In this document: in pieces, positions 1 through 8,645 of the stretch
Layout of the letters: each line of letters begins with the position of its first letter
Position numbering within the stretch: the stretch's first letter is position 1
NCBI GenBank assembly: GCA_019510435.1
Contig: JAEKKJ010000011.1
Location: 115,252-179,251, forward strand
From: Caulobacterales bacterium
GTDB lineage: Bacteria; Pseudomonadota; Alphaproteobacteria; Caulobacterales; Caulobacteraceae
Reading direction: 5' to 3'
Length of the DNA: 64,000 nucleotides
Made by a program: the position numbers and the translations under genes
Notes under the pieces: model-generated
Database searches by the model: none
What the model was told of the DNA's origin: nothing
Seen by the model: the letters and a program-made list of their open reading frames with translations, nothing else

Positions 1-1072
1 CGGCCTCGGAGAGGCCCACGCTGCCGATCTGCGGCTGGGTGAAGACCGCTGAGGCGACCATGTCGTGGTCGAAGGTGGTGGGCTGGTTGTGGAACTCGGT
101 CAGGGCGAAGGCCTGGCCCTCGCGGATCGCCACCGGGGTGAGGTTGATCCGGTTGGTGACGTCGCCCACGGCCCAGATGTTGTCGACGTTGGACCGCGAG
201 AAGTCGTCGACCTTCACCGCCCCGTCCGCGGCCAGCTCCACGCCCGCCGTCTCCAGCCCCAGGTCGTCGGTGTAGGGCACGCGGCCGGTGGCGAACATCA
301 CCGCGTCGGCCTCGAAGGTGTGGCCATTGGTGCAGACGTTGGAGAGGCCGGTGGCGGTCTTCTCGATCCGGGTGTGCTGGGTGCCCAGCAGCACCTTGAT
401 CCCGCGGCCCTCCATCTCCTCGGCGATGAAGGACCGGACGTCGTCGTCGAAGCCGCGCAGCAGGTTCGGCCCGCGGTACATCAGGGTGGTGTCCACCCCG
501 AGGCCATTGAAGATGCAGGCGAACTCCAGCGCGATATAGCCGCCGCCGGCCACCACGATCCGCTTGGGCAGCTCGGGCAGCTGGAAGGCCTCATTGGAGG
601 AGATGCAGTGCTCGATGCCCGGCAGCTCCTGCGGCAGCCAGGGCCGCCCGCCCGTGGCGATGAGGATCTTGGCGGCGGTGACGGACCCGCGCCCTTCCAC
701 CTCCACGGTGTGGCGGTCCTTGAGCCGGGCCTTGCCGTGCACCAGCTCTGCGCCGGCGTTCTGCAGGTTGCGGACATAGATGCCGGAGAGGCGGGCGATC
801 TCCTTGTCCTTCTCCATCAGGAACCGCGGCCAGTCGAAGCTGGTCTCGCCGATGGTCCAGCCGTAGCCGCGCGCGGTCTCGAAATGCTTTTTGTATTCCG
901 AGGCATAGACCATGAACTTCTTGGGCACGCAGCCGCGGATCACGCAGGTGCCGCCGACGCGGTGCTCCTCGGCCACCAGCACCTTGGCGCCCGACATGGC
1001 CGCCAGCCTGGCCGCGCGCACGCCGCCGGAGCCGGCGCCGATGACGAAGAGATCGTAGTCGTAGTCCGCCAA
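1..1072 (-). CDS. gor: Glutathione-disulfide reductase (3' end runs off the window)
   Basis: Not in the ORF track; translated by hand from TTG at 1072 with GGAGG RBS: MADYDYDLFVIGAGSGGVRAARLAAMSGAKVLVAEEHRVGGTCVIRGCVPKK. FAD-binding GxGxxG, redox CVIRGC motif, NADPH site GGGYIALE. Confidence 0.93.
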   Translation of the reverse strand, partial: MADYDYDLFVIGAGSGGVRAARLAAMSGAKVLVAEEHRVGGTCVIRGCVPKKFMVYASEYKKHFETARGYGWTIGETSFDWPRFLMEKDKEIARLSGIYVRNLQNAGAELVHGKARLKDRHTVEVEGRGSVTAAKILIATGGRPWLPQELPGIEHCISSNEAFQLPELPKRIVVAGGGYIALEFACIFNGLGVDTTLMYRGPNLLRGFDDDVRSFIAEEMEGRGIKVLLGTQHTRIEKTATGLSNVCTNGHTFEADAVMFATGRVPYTDDLGLETAGVELAADGAVKVDDFSRSNVDNIWAVGDVTNRINLTPVAIREGQAFALTEFHNQPTTFDHDMVASAVFTQPQIGSVGLSEA

Positions 1073-1150
1073 GGCGGCCTCCCGAAGCCTTCCCGGGAAG
1101 GCTTCTCGTCTAGAGTTGGCGAGGAGGGCAGGCGGCTTCGCCTGCCCTCC

Positions 1151-1837
1151 TCAGGGTTCGAGCTCGACGATGCCGTCCGGACCGCCGATCAGCGCCCGGT
1201 CGGCCAGGTCGAGGAAGAGGCCGTGGTCCACCACGCCGGTGACGCTCTTCAGCGCCGCCGCCAGGATGGCCGGCTCCTCGATCCGCCCGCAGGCTGCGTC
1301 ATAGATAAGGTTCCCGCCATCAGTCCTTACAGCCTGGCCGTCCTTGCGGCGAAGCATCGGTGCGATACCCAGATCGCATTCGGCCAGGGCGTCGCAGATC
1401 TTCAGCGCCGTGGTCTTGTGCCCGAAGGCCACCACCTCGATGGGCAGGGCGAACTTGCCGAGCGTCTTCACCTGCTTGGCCGCGTCGGCGATGACCACGC
1501 AGCGCTTGGACGCCTCCCACACCAGCTTCTCGCGCAGCAGAGCGCCGCCGCCGCCCTTGATCAGCGACAGGCCCGGCCCGATCTCGTCGGCGCCGTCGAC
1601 GGTGAGGTCGATCTCCCGCGTCTCGCCCAGCTCGCCCAGCCGGATGCCCAGGCTGGCGGCCAGGTCCGCGGTCGCCTGGGACGTCGGCACGCCCACGATG
1701 TCCAGCTTGCGGGCGCCCAGGGCGCGGACGAACCAGGCCGCCGTCGAGCCGGTGCCCATGCCCACCACCATGCCGCTTTCGACGAGGGCGGCCGCCGCTT
1801 CGCCCGCGGCGCGCTTCTGTGCGTCGGCGTCCATCAC
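1151..1837 (-). CDS. rpiA: Ribose-5-phosphate isomerase A
   Basis: Motifs [33 protein letters not shown]. Confidence 0.96.
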   Translation of the reverse strand: MMDADAQKRAAGEAAAALVESGMVVGMGTGSTAAWFVRALGARKLDIVGVPTSQATADLAASLGIRLGELGETREIDLTVDGADEIGPGLSLIKGGGGALLREKLVWEASKRCVVIADAAKQVKTLGKFALPIEVVAFGHKTTALKICDALAECDLGIAPMLRRKDGQAVRTDGGNLIYDAACGRIEEPAILAAALKSVTGVVDHGLFLDLADRALIGGPDGIVELEP

Positions 1838-3186
1838 GCCTTGGCCGCCTTCTTCGCGCCCATCGCCTTGCGGAAGGCGGCGGCCCAGCCGTCCTTCTGC
1901 GCCTGGCGTCCGCGCCCGATCGCCAGGGCGTCGGCGGCGACGTCCTCGGTGACGACGGACCCCGACGCGGTATAGGCCCCCGGCCCCACGCGGATCGGCG
2001 CCACCAGCGCCGTGTTGGAGCCGATGAAGGCGCCCTCGCCCACGTGGGTCTCGTATTTGAAGAAGCCGTCGTAGTTGCAGAAGATCGTGCCGGCCCCGAT
2101 GTTCGCCCCCGCCCCCACCGATCCGTCGCCCAGGTAACTCAGGTGGTTGGCCTTGGCGCCCTCGCCCACGGTCACGTTCTTGACCTCCACGAAGTTGCCG
2201 ATATGGGCGTCCGCGCCGATGGCCGCGCCGGGCCGCAGGCGCGCGTAGGGGCCGATCAGGGCGCCCTCGCCCACCACTGCGCCCTCCAGGTGGCTGAAGG
2301 CCCGGATCACGGCCCCGGTCGCCACCTTCACGCCCGGGGCGAAGACCACATAGGGCTCGACGCTGGCGCCCGGGGCGATCTCGGTGTCCCAGGCGAAGAA
2401 CACCGTCTCCGGCGCGGTCATGGCCACGCCCTGCTGCAGGAAGAACTCGCGCCGGCGCTTCTGGAACACCGCCTCGGCCTGGGAGAGCTGCATCGGCGTG
2501 TCCGCGCCCATCACCGCGGTCTCCGGGGCGATGTGGGCCCGCACCAGGGCCTCCTCGCGCGTGGCCTCGGCGATGATGTCGGGCAGGAAGTACTCGCCCT
2601 TGGGGTTGTCGTTGGTCACGTGGCTGAGCCAGCGGAACAGGTCCGCGCGCCCCGCCAGGTACATGCCGCCGTTGCAGGTCCGGACCTGCTTCTCCTCATC
2701 GGTCGCCAGGCTGGGCTCGACGTTGCGCATCACGTGGCCGTCGGCCCCGCGGATGATGCGGCCGTAGAGCAGCGGATCGTGCGGCTCGAACCCCATGATC
2801 GCCAGGGCCGCCCCGTGAGCGCGCAGCGTGAACAGGTGCTCCAGGTCCTGGGCCGACAGCAGCGGGCAGTCGCCGTTGACCACCAGCACGTCGCCGTCGA
2901 AGTCGGCCAGGGCGTCCTTGGCGCAGAGCACGGCATGGCCGGTGCCCAGGGGCGGGTCCTGGACCACAGCCGCCGCCTTGCCCAGGCGCTTTTCCACCAG
3001 CGCCGGCACCTGCGGGCTGTGGGTCCCGACGATCACGTGCACCCGCTCGCACCCGGCGGCCTGCACCGCATCGATCACCCGGTCCAAGAGGGTGCGGCCG
3101 CCCACCTTGTGCAGCACCTTGGGCGTCTTGGACTTCATGCGCGTGCCCTGGCCGGCGGCCATGATCACGGCGGCGCGTGCGGTCAT
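1834..3186 (-). CDS. glmU: Bifunctional UDP-GlcNAc pyrophosphorylase / glucosamine-1-phosphate acetyltransferase
   Basis: [16 protein letters not shown]-terminus, LGTGHAV, hexapeptide repeats, HLSYLGD and [13 protein letters not shown]. Some N-terminal-domain motifs are divergent (see findings). Confidence 0.93.
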   Translation of the reverse strand: MTARAAVIMAAGQGTRMKSKTPKVLHKVGGRTLLDRVIDAVQAAGCERVHVIVGTHSPQVPALVEKRLGKAAAVVQDPPLGTGHAVLCAKDALADFDGDVLVVNGDCPLLSAQDLEHLFTLRAHGAALAIMGFEPHDPLLYGRIIRGADGHVMRNVEPSLATDEEKQVRTCNGGMYLAGRADLFRWLSHVTNDNPKGEYFLPDIIAEATREEALVRAHIAPETAVMGADTPMQLSQAEAVFQKRRREFFLQQGVAMTAPETVFFAWDTEIAPGASVEPYVVFAPGVKVATGAVIRAFSHLEGAVVGEGALIGPYARLRPGAAIGADAHIGNFVEVKNVTVGEGAKANHLSYLGDGSVGAGANIGAGTIFCNYDGFFKYETHVGEGAFIGSNTALVAPIRVGPGAYTASGSVVTEDVAADALAIGRGRQAQKDGWAAAFRKAMGAKKAAKA

Positions 3187-3293
3187 TCAGCCCTCCGGGG
3201 CGCATTCGAGTCTCGTCGTCCCCTCGCTTAGCAAGCCTTGTGGCCCGGCGCGAGACGGGGCTAGCCTCCGCGCCGTCCTGTCGGGGAGTCTCC

Positions 3294-5552
3294 ATGCAAT
3301 CTCGTTCGCGTCTGGCCGCCTTGTTCACCGCCGCTGCGCTTTGCGCCCTGGCCCCTGCCGCGGGCCACGCGGCCGACGCGGCGCTGGAAGCCCGCTTCGA
3401 CGGAATGATCAGCCCGGCCGAGATGAGCGACTGGCTGAAGACCTACGCCGCCGAGCCGAACCACGTGGGCTCCCCCCACGACAAGGCCAACGCCGACATG
3501 ACCCTGGCCCTCTTCAAGTCCTGGGGCTGGGATGCGCACATCGAGACCTTCTGGGTCCTCTATCCGACCCCGAAGGAGGAGCTGCTGGAGCTGGCCAGCG
3601 GCCCGGGCGCGGGCTTCAAGGCCACCCTGACCGAGGCGCCGATTCCCGGCGACGAGACCTCGTCCCGCACCAAGGACGAGCTGCCGGCCTATGTGGCCTT
3701 CCAGGGCGACGGCGACGTCACCGCGCCGCTGGTCTACGTCAACTATGGCATGCCGGCCGACTACGACCAGCTGGAGCGGCTGGGCGTGTCGGTGAAGGGC
3801 AAGATCGTCATCGCCCGCTATGGCGCCGGCTGGCGCGGCCTGAAGCCGAAGCTGGCCCAGGAGCACGGGGCCATCGGCTGCATCATCTATTCCGACCCGC
3901 GCGACGACGGCTATTCGGTGGACGACGTCTATCCCAAGGGCGGCTCGCGGCCCCCGAACGGCTTCCAGCGCGGCTCGGTGGCCGACATGACCACCTTCCC
4001 GGGCGATCCCACCACGCCGGGCTACGGCTCCACCAAGGACGCCAAGCGGGTGTCCCGCGAGGACGCCCAGACGATCCTGAAGATCCCCACCCTGCCGATC
4101 TCCTACGGTGACGCAACCCAGTTGCTGAAGGCCCTGGATGGCCCGGTGGCGCCGGCGGGGTGGCGCGGTAGCCTGCCGATCACCTACCACGTGGGCGGCG
4201 GTGCGGCCGCGCAGGTCCACCTCAAGGTGGTCTCCGACTGGAGCCTGAAGCCAATCTACGACGTGGTCGGCATGCTGAAGGGCAAGGAAAAGCCCGACGA
4301 GTGGGTGGTGCGCGGCAACCACCGCGACGGCTGGGTGTTCGGCGCCTCGGACCCCCTCTCCGGCCACGTCGCCATGATGGGCGAGGCCAAGGCGCTGGGC
4401 GCCCTGGCCAAGGCCGGCTGGAAGCCCAAGCGCACCATCGTCTACGCCAGCTGGGACGCCGAGGAGCCCATGCTGCTGGGCTCCACCGAATGGGCCGAAA
4501 CCCACGGCGACGAGCTGAAGAAGAAGGCCGTCGTCTACATCAACTCCGACAGCAACGGCCGCGGGTTCCTGCAGGTGGGCGGCAGCCACTCGCTGCAGCA
4601 CTTCGTGAACCTGGTCTCCGCCGACGTGAAGGACCCGCAGACCGGCGTCTCGGTGCGCGAGCGGGCCCGCGCCCACCTGGCCGTCGAGGGCGCGGAGGAG
4701 CCGAACAATCCGCGCGCCGCCGCCCTCGGCCGCATCGCCGCCGACCCCAGCCGCGACCTGCCGCTGGAGGCCCTCGGCTCCGGCTCCGACTACTCCAGCT
4801 TCCTGCAGCACCTGGGCCTGATGACGCTCAACCTCGGCTTCGGCGGCGAGGGGAACGAGGCGGGCGTCTACCACTCGGCCTACGATACCTGGGAACACCA
4901 CACGCGGTTCGTGGACCCCGGCCTGGCCTATTCGGGCGCCCTGGCCAAGGTGACCGGCCGGATGGTCATGCGCCTGGCCGACGCCGACACCCCGGTCCAG
5001 CGCTATGGCGACTTCGCCGACACCGTGGCCGGCTATGTGGACGAGGTGAAGAAGCTAGCCGACGGCAAGCGCGACGAGGCCGCCGCCCGGACCCGCTTGC
5101 TCGCCGCCGGGGCCTACAAGCTCTCCGACGACCCCACGGTCTCCCGCGCCGACCCGCCGCCGCTGCCGGCCTCGCCGCGCCTCGAGTTCGCGCCCATGGA
5201 CCAGGCGGTGGCGAAGCTGAAGGCCAGCGCCCAGGGCTTCGACCAGGCCCTCGCCGCCAAGGCCGCCACCCTGACGCCCGCGCAGAGGAAGGCCCTGGAC
5301 GCCGACATCCTGACGCTCGAGCAGCGCCTGCTGCGCGACAAGGGCCTGCCCCTGCGCCCCTGGTACAAGAACGTGATCTACGCCCCGGGCCGCTTCACCG
5401 GCTATGGGGCCAAGACCCTGCCGGGCATCCGCGAGGCCATCGAGGAGCGCCGGTTCGACGACGCCAGCGCCTATATCACGCTCACCGCCGAGGCGCTCGA
5501 CGACTACGCCGCGGGCCTGGATGCGGCGACCAAGGTGATCAATGGCGGCTGA
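3294..5552 (+). CDS. Secreted M28 metallopeptidase, glutamate carboxypeptidase II / transferrin-receptor-like (PA domain and dimerisation domain)
   Basis: ATG 3294 after GGGGAG; signal peptide ending AGHA-AD; zinc ligand motifs GNHRDGW, ASDPLSG, WDAEE, NSDS, YHSAYD. Confidence 0.88.
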   Translation: MQSRSRLAALFTAAALCALAPAAGHAADAALEARFDGMISPAEMSDWLKTYAAEPNHVGSPHDKANADMTLALFKSWGWDAHIETFWVLYPTPKEELLELASGPGAGFKATLTEAPIPGDETSSRTKDELPAYVAFQGDGDVTAPLVYVNYGMPADYDQLERLGVSVKGKIVIARYGAGWRGLKPKLAQEHGAIGCIIYSDPRDDGYSVDDVYPKGGSRPPNGFQRGSVADMTTFPGDPTTPGYGSTKDAKRVSREDAQTILKIPTLPISYGDATQLLKALDGPVAPAGWRGSLPITYHVGGGAAAQVHLKVVSDWSLKPIYDVVGMLKGKEKPDEWVVRGNHRDGWVFGASDPLSGHVAMMGEAKALGALAKAGWKPKRTIVYASWDAEEPMLLGSTEWAETHGDELKKKAVVYINSDSNGRGFLQVGGSHSLQHFVNLVSADVKDPQTGVSVRERARAHLAVEGAEEPNNPRAAALGRIAADPSRDLPLEALGSGSDYSSFLQHLGLMTLNLGFGGEGNEAGVYHSAYDTWEHHTRFVDPGLAYSGALAKVTGRMVMRLADADTPVQRYGDFADTVAGYVDEVKKLADGKRDEAAARTRLLAAGAYKLSDDPTVSRADPPPLPASPRLEFAPMDQAVAKLKASAQGFDQALAAKAATLTPAQRKALDADILTLEQRLLRDKGLPLRPWYKNVIYAPGRFTGYGAKTLPGIREAIEERRFDDASAYITLTAEALDDYAAGLDAATKVINGG

Positions 5553-6252
5553 TCCCCTCGCCGGGGCGGTCATCGCCTTCGACCTCGACGGCACCCTGGT
5601 CGACACCGCCCCGGACCTGATCGGCACGCTGAACGTGCTGCTGGCCGACGAGCGCCTACCGCCCCTGCCGATCGACGAGGCCCGGCCGTTCATCGGCCGC
5701 GGCGCGCGCTGGATGATCGAGCGCGGGTTCCAGGCGGCCGGCGCCGACCTGGACCGTCCCCGGACCGACGCCCTCTTCGACCGCTTCATCGCACACTACC
5801 GCGAGCACATCGCCGACGAGAGCCGTCCCTTCCCCGGCTGCGCAGCGGCGCTGGACGGGCTGAAGGCGCGCGGCGCGAAGCTCGCGGTCTGCACCAACAA
5901 GCGCACCGACCTCTCGGTCGCGCTGCTGAAGGCCTTGGGTCTCGCGTCGCGTTTCGAGGCGGTGATCGGCTCCGACGCCACACCCGCGATCAAGCCCGAT
6001 CCGCGCCACCTGCAGACCGCGGTCGAGGCGGTCGGCGGCGCCATGGACCGCGCCATCCTGGTGGGCGACGCAGCCACCGATGCGGGCGCGGCGCGCGCGG
6101 CTGGCGCCGGCCTGATCCTGGTCAGCTTCGGCTACACCGAGACGCCAGCGGCCGAGCTGCATCCCGACATCCTGATCGACCATTTCGAGGAATTGGCCGC
6201 AGCCTGCGAACGGCTTCTCGGCGCTTGCGGCGCAATCGCGGGTCCGCTATAG
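5542..6252 (+). CDS. gph: HAD-superfamily phosphoglycolate phosphatase-like hydrolase
   Basis: FDLDGTLVDT motif I, CTNK motif II, KPDP motif III, VGD motif IV. Confidence 0.85.
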   Translation: MAADPLAGAVIAFDLDGTLVDTAPDLIGTLNVLLADERLPPLPIDEARPFIGRGARWMIERGFQAAGADLDRPRTDALFDRFIAHYREHIADESRPFPGCAAALDGLKARGAKLAVCTNKRTDLSVALLKALGLASRFEAVIGSDATPAIKPDPRHLQTAVEAVGGAMDRAILVGDAATDAGAARAAGAGLILVSFGYTETPAAELHPDILIDHFEELAAACERLLGACGAIAGPL

Positions 6253-6271
6253 CCCGCGACCTTCCTGCGAT

Positions 6272-6346
6272 GGATGCGTAGCTCAGCGGGAGAGCACCTC
6301 GTTCACACCGAGGGGGTCACAGGTTCAATCCCTGTCGCATCCACCA
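6272..6346 (+). tRNA. tRNA-Val (anticodon CAC)
   Basis: Cloverleaf read by hand: acceptor GGATGCG/CGCATCC, D arm GCTC/GAGC, anticodon stem CCTCG/CGAGG with loop TTCACAC, T arm ACAGG-TTCAATC-CCTGT, encoded CCA; 75 nt. Confidence 0.97.
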
Positions 6347-6576
6347 TCTTCCCAATCATTTCCGAGACGTGGCGAGCGACGCCGCGGGCGTGTCGGCCGC
6401 CGCTGACGGCCGTTCCCACGGGCGCGAACTGCGACTCGCTGGAGATCGGCGGGGCCAATGCGACCGCCTTGAAGAGGAGGCGCGACGTCGGCTAACACCA
6501 TCCTGAATGGCAGATCTCCAGGTCGTCGACTCAAGCGCGATCTGCGTCTGGAACATGAGCAAGGGTGGGGATCGGC

Positions 6577-7530
6577 ATGCCAATCGGACGTCGCGGCTTC
6601 CTGCGCATCGGCGCAGCGGTCCTGTCATCGCTCGCCGCCCCGGCGCCGCTTCTGGCCGCGGATGCTTCGAAGGGCCGCCGGATCATCGACGTGCACATGC
6701 ACGCCTATCCCGCGACCATGCCGATCGAGGCCTCGGCCAACCCGATCTCCGGCGTGAAGAGCGCCATCCGCAACGGCGCCGACCACTATTCGGCCTGCGT
6801 GGCCGAGATGAAGCGGCACAATGTGGTCAAGGGGATCGTGAGCGGGGGTGACGGAGATCGCCTGCAGGCGGCCCTGGATTGGCATGATCATGATCCCGGC
6901 CGCTTCGTCGCCGGCGCCGGCGTCCGCGGGTCGGAGGACACGCCGCTGCCGCCCCTGGAGACGCTCCGCAAGGCGTTCGCCGACGGCAGGCTGCGGGTGC
7001 TGGGCGAAGTGACCTCGCAATATGCCGGGCTGTCGCTCAGCGACCCGAAGTACGAGCCCTATCTGGCCCTCGCCGAGGAGTTCGACATCCCGGTCGCGCT
7101 GCACACCGGGACGATGCCGGCCGGCACGTCGTTCGACCCCTGCTGCCGCACGGCCCGGGCCCATCTCGGCAATCCGGGCAATGTCGAGGAGGCGCTCAAT
7201 CGGCACCCCAAGCTGCGCCTCAACCTGATGCACGCCGGCTGGCCGTATCTGGAAGACACCATGGCCATGCTGATGCTGTACCCGAACGTGAGCCTCGACA
7301 CGGGCGCGCTGGATTGGCTGCTGCCGCGTCCGTATTTCCACGAGTGCCTGCACAGGCTGGTGGAGGCGGGCTTCGGCAAGCGCATCATGTTCGGCTCGGA
7401 CCAGATGTTCTGGCCCGACGCGATCGGCCTGGCCGTCGAGGGCATCGAGTCGGCCGGCTTCCTGACCGAGGCGCAGAAGCAGGACATCTTCTACAACAAC
7501 GCCGTCCAGTTCTATCGCCTGGCCGGATAG
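6577..7530 (+). CDS. Tat-exported amidohydrolase family 2 protein
   Basis: Twin-arginine GRRGFL, metal-binding DVHMH, LHTG, MHAG, MFGSDQ. Confidence 0.82.
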   Translation: MPIGRRGFLRIGAAVLSSLAAPAPLLAADASKGRRIIDVHMHAYPATMPIEASANPISGVKSAIRNGADHYSACVAEMKRHNVVKGIVSGGDGDRLQAALDWHDHDPGRFVAGAGVRGSEDTPLPPLETLRKAFADGRLRVLGEVTSQYAGLSLSDPKYEPYLALAEEFDIPVALHTGTMPAGTSFDPCCRTARAHLGNPGNVEEALNRHPKLRLNLMHAGWPYLEDTMAMLMLYPNVSLDTGALDWLLPRPYFHECLHRLVEAGFGKRIMFGSDQMFWPDAIGLAVEGIESAGFLTEAQKQDIFYNNAVQFYRLAG

Positions 7531-7539
7531 CCGCGCCGC

Positions 7540-7953
7540 TTACGGCTGCATCTGCATCAGCCGATCCATGGGCATCATGTTGTGGCTCAGGTGGCCCATG
7601 ATCCAGATCGAGCCGGCGACGATCAGGAACACCACCAGGATCCCGAAGGCGAGCGCCAGCACGTTGTTGGTGTTGTCCGGCCCTGTGGTCACGTGGAGGA
7701 AGAAGACCAGGTGCACGCCCATCTGGCCGATGGCCAGCACGATGAGGGCCACGCCGACCGCCGGGCCCCAGATCAGGTGGGAGCCGACCGCCAGGAACGC
7801 GGCTAGGGTCAGCACGATCGAAAAGCCGAGCCCCAGGTTCGAATTGCGGACCCAGTGGCCGGCGCTCTCCTCCGGCTCGTCGCCCGGGGCGTGGTCTTCG
7901 CGCGCATCCAGCTCGGCCGTGTGGAGATTCGGGTCGTACTCGAGCTCGCTCAT
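7540..7953 (-). CDS. cyoD: Cytochrome bo3 ubiquinol oxidase subunit IV
   Basis: C-terminal part of track ORF 7540..8748; ATG 7953 overlaps cyoC stop; GFSIVLT..AF, QMGVHLVFFLH, GSIWIM. Confidence 0.9.
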   Translation of the reverse strand: MSELEYDPNLHTAELDAREDHAPGDEPEESAGHWVRNSNLGLGFSIVLTLAAFLAVGSHLIWGPAVGVALIVLAIGQMGVHLVFFLHVTTGPDNTNNVLALAFGILVVFLIVAGSIWIMGHLSHNMMPMDRLMQMQP

Positions 7954-8645
7954 GGCGTGACCCCCATCAGGTAGACGATGGTGAAGATGCCGATCCAGAC
8001 GATGTCCAGGGCGTGCCAGAAGAGGTTGAAGCAGATCAGCCGGTGCACGATCTCGCGGCGGAAGCCCTTGACCTGGACCTGGGCCATCATGGTCGCCAGC
8101 CACATGCCGGCGACCGTCACGTGCAGCCCGTGCAGCCCCACGAGGCCGAAGAAGCCGGTGAGGAAGGCGCTGCGCTGCGGCGTGATCCCGCGGGCGGCCA
8201 GGGAGATGAACTCCTGCAGCTCCAGGCCCACGAAGGCCAGGCCCAGGAGGCCGGTGACCAGCAGGAAGACCTGGGTCCACAGCAGGCTCCGGGCGTTGGT
8301 GGCGGCGAAGGACAGGCCGCAGGTGTAGCTGGAAAGGAGCAGCGCGGCGGTCTCCAGCCCTACCCGCGGCAGCTCCACCACATCCCGCGGTGTCGGACCG
8401 CCCGCGGTGGCGCCCCGCAGCACGGCGAAGGCGGCGAAGAAGCAGGCGAACATCACGATGTCGCTGAGCAGGAAGATCCAGAAGCCGTAGCCGACGACGA
8501 TGCGCTTGCGCGCCGGGCCGGTGGCGCCATGGCCCGCGCCCTCGACGGGGGAGTCCGGGCCGTGGCCGCGGTGGCCCAGCCGATGCGGATCCTCTCGCAC
8601 CCGGCGCAGGGTCTCCACCGCGGCGGGAAGGCCGAGGTCGCTCAC
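7950..8645 (-). CDS. cyoC: Cytochrome bo3 ubiquinol oxidase subunit III
   Basis: GFWIFLLSD, ETAALLLSS.TCG, LVGLHGLHV, FWHALDIVW. Confidence 0.93.
   Translation of the reverse strand: MSDLGLPAAVETLRRVREDPHRLGHRGHGPDSPVEGAGHGATGPARKRIVVGYGFWIFLLSDIVMFACFFAAFAVLRGATAGGPTPRDVVELPRVGLETAALLLSSYTCGLSFAATNARSLLWTQVFLLVTGLLGLAFVGLELQEFISLAARGITPQRSAFLTGFFGLVGLHGLHVTVAGMWLATMMAQVQVKGFRREIVHRLICFNLFWHALDIVWIGIFTIVYLMGVTP

Noticed and set aside
65-1975. 636-aa plus-strand ORF and many similar long ORFs (8738..10678, 13348..15594, 15279..17561, 19008..20420, 44490..46391, 47403..49115, 50468..52612, 57759..59441)
   Set aside because: Antisense or off-frame shadows of well-supported genes; stop codons are rare in very GC-rich DNA; translations are Arg/Gly/Pro/Ala-rich with no family motifs.
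6274-6628. Short ORFs overlapping or following the tRNA
   Set aside because: They run through the tRNA or lack RBS and coding bias; no recognisable domain.
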